Below are positions 8,406 to 19,172 of a stretch of DNA of 46,132 nt, in pieces. Source of the stretch: a candidate division WOR-3 bacterium (lineage in GTDB: Bacteria > Hydrothermota > Tepidihabitantia > SM23-42 > JAOAFX01); assembly GCA_037444665.1 (NCBI GenBank), contig JBBILZ010000014.1, positions 1 through 46,132 of the forward strand. Reading direction: 5' to 3'. Numbering within the stretch: position 1 is the first letter of the stretch; each line of letters starts with the position of its first letter. The notes beneath the pieces were generated by a model. It was not told the origin of the DNA and did not search any database. It saw only the letters and a program-made list of their open reading frames with translations. A program made the translations under genes and the position numbers.

Positions 8406-9477
8406 TTTTGTGCCTCCTTAGATAATAATCTATATCAATTCTTAATATTACAAAAATGATTACACCAAGAATTATCAAAAAAATTATTGCAAGTGAGACA
8501 GAATATTTTTTTTCGTAATATAACTTTCCTTCGCCAATAACTGGTATGGGTATTGGTGCAACTGGCAATTCGTACCGTCGTGCAAGATAGAATATATTGT
8601 TCAGATTGATGACTTTTACACCATTTCTGAGAAATCTACCAGCCAGGCCCTGATGAAATGAATATTTTGATACGTCAAGAATTCCAGTGGGTAGATCAAA
8701 ACCAGCAAGGACAGCCGCGCCACCACCGATATTGATGAAACAAGATATTTTTTCATCTTTTGCCTGGGTATAATAAAGTTCAATCCTTTTTTCAATTGCA
8801 TCCTCAAGATTTTTGGATTTTATTTCAGTAATTTTATTTCTGCGTATCGCTTCTGTAATCATATTTCTACCTTCAGGACTGATGCCCCTGCCCGCATCAT
8901 CAATTCCACCAATGGATGCAGCAATTGAACGAAACTTTAAAACACCGTTTTGATACAACAAATTTTCCATATCAGGATAAGTAAATTCAGGAATATTCGC
9001 TCCCCACATTGATGAGCTTACCGAGGTGATAACAATTGGCTTTAAATTTAATGTTTGAATTGCTGAAAGGACTGCAAGATTTAAGGCAGGAAATGAACCG
9101 CTGAATGAAACTGCAATTAAATCGCCCGTTTTCACATTGCATCTTCTCAGTAATTCAACAACTACTGCTGAAATATTTGGATTGATTGTTGTGAGTTTGG
9201 CATTCAGGTCACCGGGTTCGCTGGTGATTGGTGAATGTTCCACACCGATTAAGCCTGTTTGATTTGGGTCATTCACTGGGTCAATACTGATATTCTTTTG
9301 AATCTTTGCTGATTTGACAGTCTCAAACATAATTTTTGTTAAACGGGCACTTTCTATCTTTTCATTGTACATTGGTGCATAATATTTAATTTTATAATTG
9401 AGTGCAAAATATCCAAAGATAATAGAAATAATGGCAACAGTAATAAGAATATAATTAGGAACTTTTCCGCTGCGCAA
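8398..9477 (-). CDS. pgsW: Poly-gamma-glutamate system protein (PgsW/TIGR04332-like)
   Basis: Motifs DPNQTGLIG, SGSFPALN, SSSMWGAN, INIGGG; N- and C-terminal TM helices; immediately follows capC. Confidence 0.82.
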   Translation of the reverse strand: MRSGKVPNYILITVAIISIIFGYFALNYKIKYYAPMYNEKIESARLTKIMFETVKSAKIQKNISIDPVNDPNQTGLIGVEHSPITSEPGDLNAKLTTINPNISAVVVELLRRCNVKTGDLIAVSFSGSFPALNLAVLSAIQTLNLKPIVITSVSSSMWGANIPEFTYPDMENLLYQNGVLKFRSIAASIGGIDDAGRGISPEGRNMITEAIRRNKITEIKSKNLEDAIEKRIELYYTQAKDEKISCFINIGGGAAVLAGFDLPTGILDVSKYSFHQGLAGRFLRNGVKVINLNNIFYLARRYELPVAPIPIPVIGEGKLYYEKKYSVSLAIIFLIILGVIIFVILRIDIDYYLRRHKNE

Positions 9478-9479
9478 TT

Positions 9480-9929
9480 TTATGGTAATGTGGCACCTCC
9501 GGTAAGAATTATGAGAATAAATCTGACAATGATTGCGGCGATTAACATCGTGCTGATTGTTTCTAATATTCCCTGTCGCTCCATCCAGTATGCGAGCAGC
9601 CCTGGAACTACAAAGCCTACTGTAGTAATATCAAAATTAACTGTGCCAAGAGAGATTGCAGGATATACTTTTGTTACATAACCCAGAAGATAACCAATAA
9701 TTATAGAAACGATTAATAACCTACGACCATAGAGAAGGATAAAATGGGAAAGAAGGCGCACAAAAAGGTATGTAGTAAGGGAGATAATAATCGTGCTCAT
9801 TAACATATCAGGCTTATGCAAATTCAAAGCAATATAACCTGGAACAACGACTCCACCTGCGGCGAGCCCAATCGTCTCAGTCAAAAGAAGATTCAACATC
9901 ATACCCAGACCAACGGCAATGATAATCAT
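9480..9929 (-). CDS. capC: Poly-gamma-glutamate biosynthesis membrane protein CapC/PgsC
   Basis: 149-aa hydrophobic protein with GGVVVPGYIAL, LYGRR and GFVVPGLLA motifs. Confidence 0.93.
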   Translation of the reverse strand: MIIIAVGLGMMLNLLLTETIGLAAGGVVVPGYIALNLHKPDMLMSTIIISLTTYLFVRLLSHFILLYGRRLLIVSIIIGYLLGYVTKVYPAISLGTVNFDITTVGFVVPGLLAYWMERQGILETISTMLIAAIIVRFILIILTGGATLP

Positions 9930-9972
9930 AATTTGCCGATGAGCCCTAAGAAAGATATTGATGAATGTAGAG

Positions 9973-11148
9973 TCATTGAGTTCCTCTTTCTTTAAAGTAT
10001 TCTATGAGCTTCTCTCCATAGCCAACGATATTTCCGATTGCCAAAATTACGCCGTGGTCTTTGACGATAGATGTGATTCTGTTAAATATATATTCCACAC
10101 TTTTGTTACCAAGATTGACTAACTTTTCTGAAGGTATTCCTTTTTTGATGGCGATACGATGTAAGATACTCGTTCCACCACCAGTAATAAAATAATAATC
10201 TGCCTTGATTTTTGTACTGATGAGGTCAGCCATCTGCACTGAGCGGTCAATGCGGTCAGAACGGCAGTTAATTAATACATAAAAATTTTTTGCTGGTTTT
10301 TTTATTCTTTCATAAATAAAATATGTGGAATCAGGGTCATTTGCTGCCAGGGCATTATATAATACAATATTTTTGTTTTCTATTTTCAATTCATACTTTC
10401 TTAATACACCAGTATCAGGAATATATTTATACATTTCATTCAATGCCTTGTCTCGCGGGATACCAAGATATTTACATATACTCAAAACAAGTGCTATATT
10501 TTCGCGATGCTCAAAATATGGAAAATATTTTAATTCTTCATCTGTGACTTCGTCTTCATTGCTCAAGAAGATTTCAATGCCGCGTTCTGCAGCAAATTGC
10601 TGTAATACTGGGAAAAGAGATTTTTCCGCCGTAAAAATGCGGGCATTTGTCGGCGCCGCATTAATGAAATTTCTTGCAATATCCTTGAGTGTAGGTCCCA
10701 TTACTTCCAGATGGTCAGAACGCACATTTGTGATTACTACAAAATGTGGTGCCATTATTCTGGTTTCTTCAAACCATTGGAGGTCAGGTCGGATAGACAT
10801 ATTTTCAAAGACTATGGCATTAACTTTTTCTTTTGCTGCTTTTTTTGTGATGGCCAGTTGCTCATGGATATTGGGTTTTCCAGGCCTTATAACCGGTAAT
10901 TCAATAAGATTGTTGATAATCATCCTCGGTTTTGTTCCAGTGGTTTTGGCAAAAGTCTTGTATCCTCCTGCTTTTAATGCGGCACCAAGGAGTCTGGTAA
11001 CTGTGGACTTACCCCGTGTTCCATTTACGACAATTCTCAAAGGAATAGATTTTAAATTTTTTTGATGATTTATCCATTCAATACGTCCATAAAGAACAAA
11101 GAGTGCCAGCAGGGAAATTAAGAGGTAGATTCCATAATCAACAACCAT
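9973..11148 (-). CDS. capB: Poly-gamma-glutamate synthase CapB/PgsB (Mur-ligase fold)
   Basis: VNGTRGKSTVTRL, AKTTGT, ITNVRSDHLEVMG, AANDPDST, NCRSDRIDRS, GNIVG motifs; N-terminal TM. Confidence 0.95.
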   Translation of the reverse strand: MVVDYGIYLLISLLALFVLYGRIEWINHQKNLKSIPLRIVVNGTRGKSTVTRLLGAALKAGGYKTFAKTTGTKPRMIINNLIELPVIRPGKPNIHEQLAITKKAAKEKVNAIVFENMSIRPDLQWFEETRIMAPHFVVITNVRSDHLEVMGPTLKDIARNFINAAPTNARIFTAEKSLFPVLQQFAAERGIEIFLSNEDEVTDEELKYFPYFEHRENIALVLSICKYLGIPRDKALNEMYKYIPDTGVLRKYELKIENKNIVLYNALAANDPDSTYFIYERIKKPAKNFYVLINCRSDRIDRSVQMADLISTKIKADYYFITGGGTSILHRIAIKKGIPSEKLVNLGNKSVEYIFNRITSIVKDHGVILAIGNIVGYGEKLIEYFKERGTQ

Positions 11149-11153
11149 ACTTA

Positions 11154-11181
11154 AGTTTATTTAAATTCACACCAAAGTCAA
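11154..11181 (-). promoter_or_regulatory. sigma70-type promoter of the PGA operon (TTGACT-N16-TAAACT), predicted leaderless
   Basis: -35 at 11176-11181, -10 at 11154-11159, ATG 5 nt downstream, no SD. Confidence 0.7.
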
Positions 11182-11241
11182 TATAAAAAATTATGCTTTA
11201 GATTGATAACTACAAAATTATCTCTAAATATGTACTTTTGC

Positions 11242-11952
11242 TTACTGGTCGTAGTATGATGTGATGGTGACAATCCCGGCAAGTGCCGCAGTTTCGCTAC
11301 GCAAGCGGTTTTTGCTGAATGAAATAAATTTGACATTATTTTTGCAAAAATCATCAATTTCTTCAGGTGCAAAACCTCCTTCGGGTCCAATGAGTAAGAG
11401 AATATTTTTTACTCCGGGACTGATTTTGTCTTTACCTTCTTTTTCGCCCAGAATCACAAGGTCATAATTTGTAAATTCCTTAATAATATTCTCGGTACAT
11501 ATAATTTCGGGTAAATAATATTGCTGTGATTGCAACATAGCAGATAAGGCGATTTTTTTAAAATGTTCAATGCGTGGTTGGTTCAAATTTCTTATTATTC
11601 CATATCTTGATATAAAAAAAATAAATCGCCGAATACCCAATTCAGTCCCTTTTTCTATAACAAAGTCTGTCCTGCCTGTTTTTAAAAGCACCAGACCGAG
11701 GTCAAGATTTATAGATTTTTCCTGTACAATTTTTTTAATCTCAATTATCTGAAGAACCATTGCATTATTCAGGGTCTGCTCTATTTCTGTTTTATATAAG
11801 GTTCCATTACCATCAGTAAAATATACGGTTTCGCCTGACTTTTTACGCAGGACATTTTTTATGTGATGGAATTCTGTGCCTGTAAGAATAATCTTAGAAT
11901 TATCAATCTGTTCTTTTTTTATGAAAAAAAGATTATGCAGCTCTTTTTCCAT
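11242..11952 (-). CDS. rsmE: 16S rRNA m3U1498 methyltransferase
   Basis: HIKNVLR, EKGTELG, IGPEGGF, LRSETA motifs; follows dnaJ. Confidence 0.93.
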   Translation of the reverse strand: MEKELHNLFFIKKEQIDNSKIILTGTEFHHIKNVLRKKSGETVYFTDGNGTLYKTEIEQTLNNAMVLQIIEIKKIVQEKSINLDLGLVLLKTGRTDFVIEKGTELGIRRFIFFISRYGIIRNLNQPRIEHFKKIALSAMLQSQQYYLPEIICTENIIKEFTNYDLVILGEKEGKDKISPGVKNILLLIGPEGGFAPEEIDDFCKNNVKFISFSKNRLRSETAALAGIVTITSYYDQ

Positions 11953-11962
11953 TGTTTTATAA

Positions 11963-13063
11963 TTAACCTGTGCGTTTCTTTATCATTGGCTCGCCTTCAT
12001 ATTTTTTCAATTCTTCAATAATCCGGGTGAGATTTCGGTCAGAACTTGATAAGGGTTTCAAGTCAATTTCAACATAAAGGTCGCCATAACCACCATTTAT
12101 GCGGGGTATACCCTTTCCCTTGATTTTAATAATTTCCGGCGCACTGCACCCTTTAGGTATTTTTACAACTTCATGCGAACCATTTAAACCAGGAATTTCC
12201 ACGCTGCCGCCGTTAACCAGAGTAGAATAGGGGGCTAATATTCTAATAAAAAGGTCGTCACCACGGCGTTCAAAGTATTCATGGGGTTTTTCTTCAAATT
12301 CAACAATTATATTGCCCCTGCCACCTGGTCCATAATGTCCTTCACCTCTTAAGACAATATACTGGCCATTGCTGATACCACGCGGAATTTTTATCTCCAC
12401 GGTTCGGGAAATTTTTGTTCTGCCTGTGCCACCACATTTTACACAGGGGGTCTTTATTATTTCGCCCCTGCCCTGACACTTGGGACAGATTGAAACACTG
12501 GTAAAGGTTCCAAAGAAACTCCTTGTCTGGGTTCTTACCTGGCCCTTGCCATTACACTGAGAACAGGTTGTAAAATCGTGGCCACCCCTTCCTGAACAGT
12601 TACTACAATATTCATAACGATTAATCTTGAACTGTTTTTTTGCAGAGTTTGCAATTTCTTCAAGAGATACCTTTAAAACAACATGGATGTCGCCGCCTTT
12701 TGGTTGAGTAGTCCGCGTTTTTGTGGAACCAAAAAAGTCTTCAAATATTGAGCCACCGAGGAGATTACCAAGAATATCCTGCAAGTCATCAAAGTGCGTA
12801 AAATCATCCCAGGTAAATCCACCACCACGGAAGGTTTGAGATACTCCATCATGGCCATAACTATCATACAATTGTCTCTTCTGTGGATCCATAAGGACCT
12901 CATAGGCTTCAGATATTTCTTTAAATCGCTCTTCAGCCTCTTTCTTATTGTCTGGATTCATGTCAGGGTGCCATTTTTTTGCCAGATTTCTATAGGCTCT
13001 TTTTATTTCATCAGCAGTAGCATTTTTGGAGACACCAAGAATTTCGTAATAATCTTTTTTCAT
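11963..13063 (-). CDS. dnaJ: Chaperone DnaJ
   Basis: J domain with HPD; four CxxCxGxG zinc-finger motifs. Confidence 0.97.
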   Translation of the reverse strand: MKKDYYEILGVSKNATADEIKRAYRNLAKKWHPDMNPDNKKEAEERFKEISEAYEVLMDPQKRQLYDSYGHDGVSQTFRGGGFTWDDFTHFDDLQDILGNLLGGSIFEDFFGSTKTRTTQPKGGDIHVVLKVSLEEIANSAKKQFKINRYEYCSNCSGRGGHDFTTCSQCNGKGQVRTQTRSFFGTFTSVSICPKCQGRGEIIKTPCVKCGGTGRTKISRTVEIKIPRGISNGQYIVLRGEGHYGPGGRGNIIVEFEEKPHEYFERRGDDLFIRILAPYSTLVNGGSVEIPGLNGSHEVVKIPKGCSAPEIIKIKGKGIPRINGGYGDLYVEIDLKPLSSSDRNLTRIIEELKKYEGEPMIKKRTG

Positions 13064-13141
13064 AATTGTTTTTACGGATAGAGATTCAACACCGGGAAAA
13101 TGACAATAAATTTAATCTATTTAGCGCAAACAATAATTTTA

Positions 13142-15058
13142 TTATTTATTTCCTTCGTCGTCCACCACACGATAATCTGCACCGCCCTGCTGACTATCTT
13201 CAGGCTTTGGACCTTGAGGAGTTTCAGTAGTTGGACCCTGACCCTGGGCACGGCTTGCTGCTTCACGATAGACTGCCTCAGAGAGTTTATATACTGATTG
13301 TTGCAGGTCATCTATTGCCTGGGTAATAGCATTTATATCTGTTCCGTCTTTTCTCTGTTTCAGTGTTTCAAGTTTTTTGCCTATTTCGCTTCGTTCTTCA
13401 AAAGATATTTTTTCACCATATTCTTTCAGAGTCTTTTCTACGCTGTATATTACGCTATCTGCACGATTCCTTACTTCAATCAATTCTTTCTGCCGTCGGT
13501 CTTCAGCCGCATGTTCTTCAGCCTCTTTCATCATTTTATCAATTTCATCTTTGGAAAGACCACTTGATGCAGTAATTCTTATTTTTTGCTCTTTGCCAGT
13601 GCCCAAATCCTTTGCAGAAACATGGAGAATGCCATCTGCATCAATATCAAAAGTCACCTCAATTTGTGGAATGCCTCTGGGTGCAGGAGGAATACCATAA
13701 AGGTCAAACTTTCCTAAAGTTCGGTTTTGATAAGCCATAGGCCTTTCGCCCTGTAATACATGAACCGTAACTGCGGTTTGATTATCTTCAGCAGTTGTAA
13801 AGATTTGTGATTTTTTCGTAGGGATGGTAGTATTGCGTGGTATAATCGGAGTCATTACCTGTCCCAGGGTTTCAATACCGAGAGTCAGAGGTGTAACATC
13901 AAGCAGAAGGATGTCTTTTTTCTCACCACTGAGCACTGCACCCTGGATAGCGGCGCCAACCGCTACAACTTCGTCAGGATTTATACCTTTGTGGGGTTCT
14001 TTTCCAAAAAAGTCTCGCACAATCTGCTGAATACGGGGCATCCTTGTTTGTCCACCCACGAGCACAACCTCGTTTATATCGTTTGTTGTCAGTCCTGCAT
14101 CAAGGAGTGCCTGTTTTATTGGCGGTATTGATCTCTGGAGCAAATCTTCTACGAGTGATTCCAATTTTGCCCGTGTTAATTTCATTTCCAGATGGAGCGG
14201 GGTACGGTCTTTGTCCGAGGCAATAAATGGAAGGCTGATGGTTGTTTCCATCAATGTAGAGAGTTCACACTTTGCCTTTTCAGATGCTTCTTTCAAACGC
14301 TGCAGTGCAGTAATATCCTTTCTTAAATCAATACCGTGCTCTTTCATAAATTCGTCTGCAATATAATTCATGATCCGCTCATCAAGGTCATCACCACCAA
14401 GATGGGTGTCACCATTTGTTGAGCGAACTTCAAATACACCTTCACCAATTTCAAGTATTGATATATCAAATGTGCCACCACCAAAGTCATACACTGCAAT
14501 TTTTTCGTTTTTCTTTTTGTCTAAGCCATAAGCCAGAGATGAAGCAGTGGGTTCGTTTATAATCCTCAGGACTTCAAGCCCGGCAATCTTGCCTGCATCT
14601 TTTGTTGCCTGTCGCTGTGAGTCATTAAAATATGCAGGAACAGTGATTACCGCTTTCGTGACTTTTTCACCAAGATATGATTCTGCTGCCTGCTTTAGAT
14701 ATTGAAGAATCATTGCGGAAATCTCAGGAGGTGAATATTTAGAACCCATTACTTCAACCCATGCATCGCCATTTGTATGCTCCACTACTTTAAAAGGAAC
14801 ACGGGCAATTTCCTGAGGAACCTCACTGTATCTCCTACCCATAAACCGTTTTATTGAATATACTGTATTTTCCGGGTTCGTAATTGCCTGTCTCTTTGCA
14901 AGCGGCCCAACAAGCCTTTCTCCAGTCTTGGTAAATGCAACCACAGAAGGGGTTGTTCTACCACCTTCAGGATTAGGTATCACAGTCGGTTGGCCCCCTT
15001 CCAGGACAGCAACGCAGGAATTTGTTGTTCCTAAATCAATCCCGATTATTTTTGCCAT
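13142..15058 (-). CDS. dnaK: Chaperone DnaK (Hsp70)
   Basis: [25 protein letters not shown] signatures. Confidence 0.99.
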   Translation of the reverse strand: MAKIIGIDLGTTNSCVAVLEGGQPTVIPNPEGGRTTPSVVAFTKTGERLVGPLAKRQAITNPENTVYSIKRFMGRRYSEVPQEIARVPFKVVEHTNGDAWVEVMGSKYSPPEISAMILQYLKQAAESYLGEKVTKAVITVPAYFNDSQRQATKDAGKIAGLEVLRIINEPTASSLAYGLDKKKNEKIAVYDFGGGTFDISILEIGEGVFEVRSTNGDTHLGGDDLDERIMNYIADEFMKEHGIDLRKDITALQRLKEASEKAKCELSTLMETTISLPFIASDKDRTPLHLEMKLTRAKLESLVEDLLQRSIPPIKQALLDAGLTTNDINEVVLVGGQTRMPRIQQIVRDFFGKEPHKGINPDEVVAVGAAIQGAVLSGEKKDILLLDVTPLTLGIETLGQVMTPIIPRNTTIPTKKSQIFTTAEDNQTAVTVHVLQGERPMAYQNRTLGKFDLYGIPPAPRGIPQIEVTFDIDADGILHVSAKDLGTGKEQKIRITASSGLSKDEIDKMMKEAEEHAAEDRRQKELIEVRNRADSVIYSVEKTLKEYGEKISFEERSEIGKKLETLKQRKDGTDINAITQAIDDLQQSVYKLSEAVYREAASRAQGQGPTTETPQGPKPEDSQQGGADYRVVDDEGNK

Positions 15059-15560
15059 TTTCTTGACCCCCTTTTTCTTCAGGTTTGGAGACCAGAACCT
15101 TGGCTGGTTGAATTATCCGGTCTCCAATTTTATAACCTTTGCTAATCTCTTCAATAATAGTATTCTCTGGATGGTCATTGGTTACAATGACGCCAATTGC
15201 ATCGTGCAGCAATGGGTCAAACTGTTCGCCCAATCCAGAGTATTCTATTAAACCCATTGATTTCAGTACTTCCTTTAACTGTCTTTCAATTATTTCCACA
15301 CCTTTGTAAAAACTTTCAAAATCAGGATTCAATTCAGCACCTGCAAGCGCACGGTCAAAATTATCCAGTACCGGAATGATCTTGGAGATAAAATCAGCCT
15401 TTGCATATTTTTTAAATTCCGCCAGTTCGTTCTCCATACGCTTGCGGTAATTGTCCCATTCTGCAAGGGCGCGCAAATAATTATCTTTTAATACCTCAAT
15501 CTCTGTGCCTTTTTTCTGAAGTTCTTCCTTCATTAATATAACCGGTCCTTTTCTTAACAT
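15036..15560 (-). CDS. grpE: Nucleotide exchange factor GrpE
   Basis: [23 protein letters not shown]...PAKV motifs; upstream of dnaK. Confidence 0.95.
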   Translation of the reverse strand: MLRKGPVILMKEELQKKGTEIEVLKDNYLRALAEWDNYRKRMENELAEFKKYAKADFISKIIPVLDNFDRALAGAELNPDFESFYKGVEIIERQLKEVLKSMGLIEYSGLGEQFDPLLHDAIGVIVTNDHPENTIIEEISKGYKIGDRIIQPAKVLVSKPEEKGGQENGKNNRD

Positions 15561-15623
15561 TTTTTATCTCCATTCAAAAATTTAGACAAATTATATTGCA
15601 GGAGGTTTAGATTCTCCAACGGT

Positions 15624-16352
15624 CTATTTACCAACGAGGAGCCGTTCTGCCAATTGTTCAGGAAGTCCGGCATCTATAATTTTCTGACTTGCCAGAGGTA
15701 TATTATATTCTATTCTAATAAAATCAATTGAATTTTTATTGCCATCATAGATAACATAACTCGCCCTTGGGTCAAGGTCTCGTGGTTGTCCTACGCTTCC
15801 TGCATTAATTATAAATTTTCTCTTCTTGATGATTGGAAATGGATTTTCGCGCACAAGGTCAGTATAACCATTGGTATCCTGGAATGCGGCACCAGGAATA
15901 TGGGAGTGGCCAATACAACAGATCTGCGCATCAAAATGTTTAAATGCCATCTGAAATTCTTCCAGGGTAAATAGATAGCGCCATTCTTCAGGGTGGTCAG
16001 GTGTAGAATGGACTAAAAACAGGTCACCAATCTTCTGGGTAAGCGGTAGTTCCTGAAGTCTCTTTAGGTTTTCTGATGAGATATGTTCTTTGGTCCATTT
16101 GACCGCAGCGGCAGCAATTTTATTGAAATTTGATACATCGGTCTTATCAATGGTAGCCCAATCATGATTGCCGGCAATTATTGCATCCGCTTCTTTAAAG
16201 CATAATTCTATACACTCATTAGGGTTTGCTCCATATCCAACAAGGTCGCCCAGACAGAAGATATTTTTTATCCGTCTCTTTTTGATATCTTTTATTACTG
16301 CCTGTAGTGCCTCTAAATTTGAATGGATATCACTGATTATTGCTGCTTTCAT
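15624..16352 (-). CDS. Calcineurin-like metallophosphoesterase
   Basis: SDIHSN, LGDLVGYG, GNHD, GHSH, GSVGQPRD motifs. Confidence 0.9.
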   Translation of the reverse strand: MKAAIISDIHSNLEALQAVIKDIKKRRIKNIFCLGDLVGYGANPNECIELCFKEADAIIAGNHDWATIDKTDVSNFNKIAAAAVKWTKEHISSENLKRLQELPLTQKIGDLFLVHSTPDHPEEWRYLFTLEEFQMAFKHFDAQICCIGHSHIPGAAFQDTNGYTDLVRENPFPIIKKRKFIINAGSVGQPRDLDPRASYVIYDGNKNSIDFIRIEYNIPLASQKIIDAGLPEQLAERLLVGK

Positions 16353-16768
16353 TTTTTTGTTATTGTTTTTTTATTCTGTTTTACTATGGCATCAAGAATG
16401 CCATTAACAAATTTTGGCGATTCTCCAGTGCCGTATTTTTTTGCCATTTCAATGGCTTCGTTAATTGTAACCTCATAAGGAATTTCATTAAAGAATAATA
16501 ACTCGCAGACGCCGAGCCTTAAGATTAATTTATCAATGGTTGAGATACGTTCGTATTCCCAATGCTCCAGCACATCTTTCACCTTTTTATCAATAGTTTG
16601 CATATTGTCAATGGTTAGCGTGACCAGTTCTTTTGAAAATTTTTTTACTGACGAATGGTATTTTTTTTTATCAAGGAATTCATTCAGTAACATTGGAATT
16701 TCAGTTCTACCACTTTTATAACAATACAATATCTTCAATGCAAGTTCCCGTGCCAATCTTCTACTCAT
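16349..16768 (-). CDS. nusB: Transcription antitermination factor NusB
   Basis: RRLARE, INEAIEMAKKY, FVNGILD; follows ribH. Confidence 0.95.
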   Translation of the reverse strand: MSRRLARELALKILYCYKSGRTEIPMLLNEFLDKKKYHSSVKKFSKELVTLTIDNMQTIDKKVKDVLEHWEYERISTIDKLILRLGVCELLFFNEIPYEVTINEAIEMAKKYGTGESPKFVNGILDAIVKQNKKTITKK

Positions 16769-16816
16769 ATATCGCTAAGTTATGCAATAAAGACCGTTCA
16801 TTACACAGCTTGGACA

Positions 16817-17278
16817 TTATTTTATCTGGGAATAAAGGTTAACCATCTCAAGGCCGGTCATTGCTGCATCCCAGCCTTTGTTCCCCATTTTGGTTCCTGC
16901 CCTTTCTATTGCCTGTTCTGTTGTATCCGCGGTGATTATTCCATATACTACAGGAGGTCCGGGTTCAAGATTCAAAAGGGCAATGCCTTTTGTAACCTCA
17001 CTGGCGATATAGTCAAAATGGGGGGTATCGCCCCTGATTACAGCACCAAGACATATTATACAATCAAGTTTTGCGGTCTTTAATCTTCGGGCTAATCCGG
17101 GTATTTCAAAACTGCCGGGAACCCAGTAGATTTTTATATCGTTCTCGTCAACACTATGCCTTGTCAAACAATCAATTGCTCCATCAATTAATTTGCGGGA
17201 GATAAATTCATTGAAACGAGAAACGACAATGGCAAATTTCTTATCTTTACCAATAAGTGCGCCTTTAATCTCTTTCAT
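16817..17278 (-). CDS. ribH: 6,7-dimethyl-8-ribityllumazine synthase
   Basis: [25 protein letters not shown]. Start reassigned to ATG 17278, behind an AGGAGG SD. Confidence 0.96.
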   Translation of the reverse strand: MKEIKGALIGKDKKFAIVVSRFNEFISRKLIDGAIDCLTRHSVDENDIKIYWVPGSFEIPGLARRLKTAKLDCIICLGAVIRGDTPHFDYIASEVTKGIALLNLEPGPPVVYGIITADTTEQAIERAGTKMGNKGWDAAMTGLEMVNLYSQIK

Positions 17279-17291
17279 AAAATTTCCTCCT

Positions 17292-18509
17292 TTACATACC
17301 AGAGTCTTTGACAATAGACTCGGGTATTAAATGTCCCAGTTTTTTGCGTTTTGTTTTAAGATACTTGATATTCCATTTGTTGGGTGCAAAAACAGGAATT
17401 TGTTCCACAACCTTCAATCCGTATCCTTCAAGCCCGACTATTTTTTTTGGATTGTTGGTTAAAAGCCTGACCGTAGAAAGTCCTAAATCTGCAAGTATCT
17501 GTGCGCCAATCCCATAATCCCTTAAATCAGGTGCAAAGCCAAGTTTCAGGTTTGCCTCAACAGTATCAAAACCACTATCCTGCAATTTGTATGCTCTGAG
17601 TTTATTGACCAACCCGATGCCTCTACCTTCCTGTCGCATATAGAGAAGAACACCAAGATGGTTTCTGGCAATTATTGCCATTGCCTTTTCAAGCTGGTCT
17701 CCACAATCGCATCTCAATGAATGGAATACATCGCCGGTTAAACATTGAGAATGGACACGCACAAGCACATTCTTTTTTCCTTCAACATCACCCATAATAA
17801 GTGCAATATGGTGTTCATAACTTATTTTGTCTTCATACAGAACAAGTTTAAAATTACCAAATTTTGTGGGAAGATTTGTTTCTAAGATTCGTTCCACAAG
17901 TCTTTCTTTACGCCGTCGGTATTCAATCAGGTCTTTAATAGTGACCAGGGCGAGATTTAATTTCAATGCAATTTTTTTTAATTTCGGAAGCTTTGCCATT
18001 CTTCCATCGCTATCCATTATTTCGCAGAGCACACCACCTGGATATAAACCTGCAAGCCGCGCCAGGTCAACACTGGCTTCAGTATGGCCTGCTCTTCGTA
18101 GAACACCTCCATCCATTGCCCTGAGCGGAAAGATATGACCGGGTCGGGCAAGGTCTTCGGGTCGGGTATTTTTGTTAACCAATGCCTTTATGGTCTGGGC
18201 ACGGTCAAATGCAGATATACCAGTAGTCGTTCCTTTTTTTACATCCACACTTATCGCAAATGGGGTTTGAAATTTAGCAGTATTGTCATTAACCATAATT
18301 GGGATATTTAGTTGTTCTAATCGTTGTGCAGGAAGGGCAACACAGATAAGTCCACGGCCGTGTTGTGCCATAAAATTGACCAATTTAGGCGTAACTTTTT
18401 CTGCTGCTGCAATAAAATCTCCTTCATTCTCGCGATTTTCATCATCCACGACAATGATTGGTTTGCCCTTTTTAATATCTTTTATTGCCTTTTCAATAGT
18501 GTCAAACAT
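17292..18509 (-). CDS. ribBA: Bifunctional DHBP synthase / GTP cyclohydrolase II
   Basis: [38 protein letters not shown] motifs. Confidence 0.97.
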   Translation of the reverse strand: MFDTIEKAIKDIKKGKPIIVVDDENRENEGDFIAAAEKVTPKLVNFMAQHGRGLICVALPAQRLEQLNIPIMVNDNTAKFQTPFAISVDVKKGTTTGISAFDRAQTIKALVNKNTRPEDLARPGHIFPLRAMDGGVLRRAGHTEASVDLARLAGLYPGGVLCEIMDSDGRMAKLPKLKKIALKLNLALVTIKDLIEYRRRKERLVERILETNLPTKFGNFKLVLYEDKISYEHHIALIMGDVEGKKNVLVRVHSQCLTGDVFHSLRCDCGDQLEKAMAIIARNHLGVLLYMRQEGRGIGLVNKLRAYKLQDSGFDTVEANLKLGFAPDLRDYGIGAQILADLGLSTVRLLTNNPKKIVGLEGYGLKVVEQIPVFAPNKWNIKYLKTKRKKLGHLIPESIVKDSGM

Positions 18510-18516
18510 ACTTAAT

Positions 18517-18544
18517 ATTTTACTGAAAATTCATAAAAAGTCAA
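18517..18544 (-). promoter_or_regulatory. Promoter of ribBA (TTGACT-N16-TAAAAT), leaderless or near-leaderless
   Basis: -35 at 18539-18544, -10 at 18517-18522, ATG 7 nt downstream. Confidence 0.65.
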
Positions 18545-18572
18545 TAATTTTGTCAGTTTGGATTATTTTATA

Positions 18573-19172
18573 TTATCTGATGTCAGGGATGTTGTCCATC
18601 TGCTTTAAGATGGTCAGGTGGCAGATGGATTTGAGTGTGTCAAACACGCCGATACCCCTGAGCGCGACTGCTTCAAAATAAGTATAACCTTCGCGATTAA
18701 CATATAATTGAAGGTCACTGATGGGCAGAATATTTGGTAGGTCCCGTTTATTGTACTGGATAACCATTGGGATGTCTTTTAGACTCAGTCCATAGGACTG
18801 TAGATTATCTTTTAGATTATTATAACTTTCAACATTCTCTTCGCATCTTTCTTCCTGTGAATCTACGACAAAGACCAAACCATCAACTCCCCTGAGCACA
18901 AGTTTTCTTGATACATTATAGTATACCTGTCCTGGGACTGTGAAGAGATGGAATCTGAGTTTCCATCCTTTAATGCTACCTAAATCCACAGGTAAAAAGT
19001 CAAAGAAGAGCGTCTGGTCAAGCTCTGTGGCGAGGCTCATCATCTTTCCTTTTCTCTCCTGGGGAAAGGCAGCAAATATGGAACGCAGGTTTGTGGTCTT
19101 GCCACACAGACCAGTTCCATAATAGACAATCTTCAAGTTCAACTCTTTTGAATTATAATTCAGGTTTGCCAT
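18573..19172 (-). CDS. mglA: MglA-family small Ras-like GTPase
   Basis: KIVYYGxGLCGKTTNL, TLFFDFLP, TVPGQVYY, VVDSQ, QYNKRDLP. Confidence 0.9.
   Translation of the reverse strand: MANLNYNSKELNLKIVYYGTGLCGKTTNLRSIFAAFPQERKGKMMSLATELDQTLFFDFLPVDLGSIKGWKLRFHLFTVPGQVYYNVSRKLVLRGVDGLVFVVDSQEERCEENVESYNNLKDNLQSYGLSLKDIPMVIQYNKRDLPNILPISDLQLYVNREGYTYFEAVALRGIGVFDTLKSICHLTILKQMDNIPDIR

Noticed and set aside
10325..11065. 246-aa plus-strand ORF
   Set aside because: Antisense shadow of capB with no motifs or RBS.
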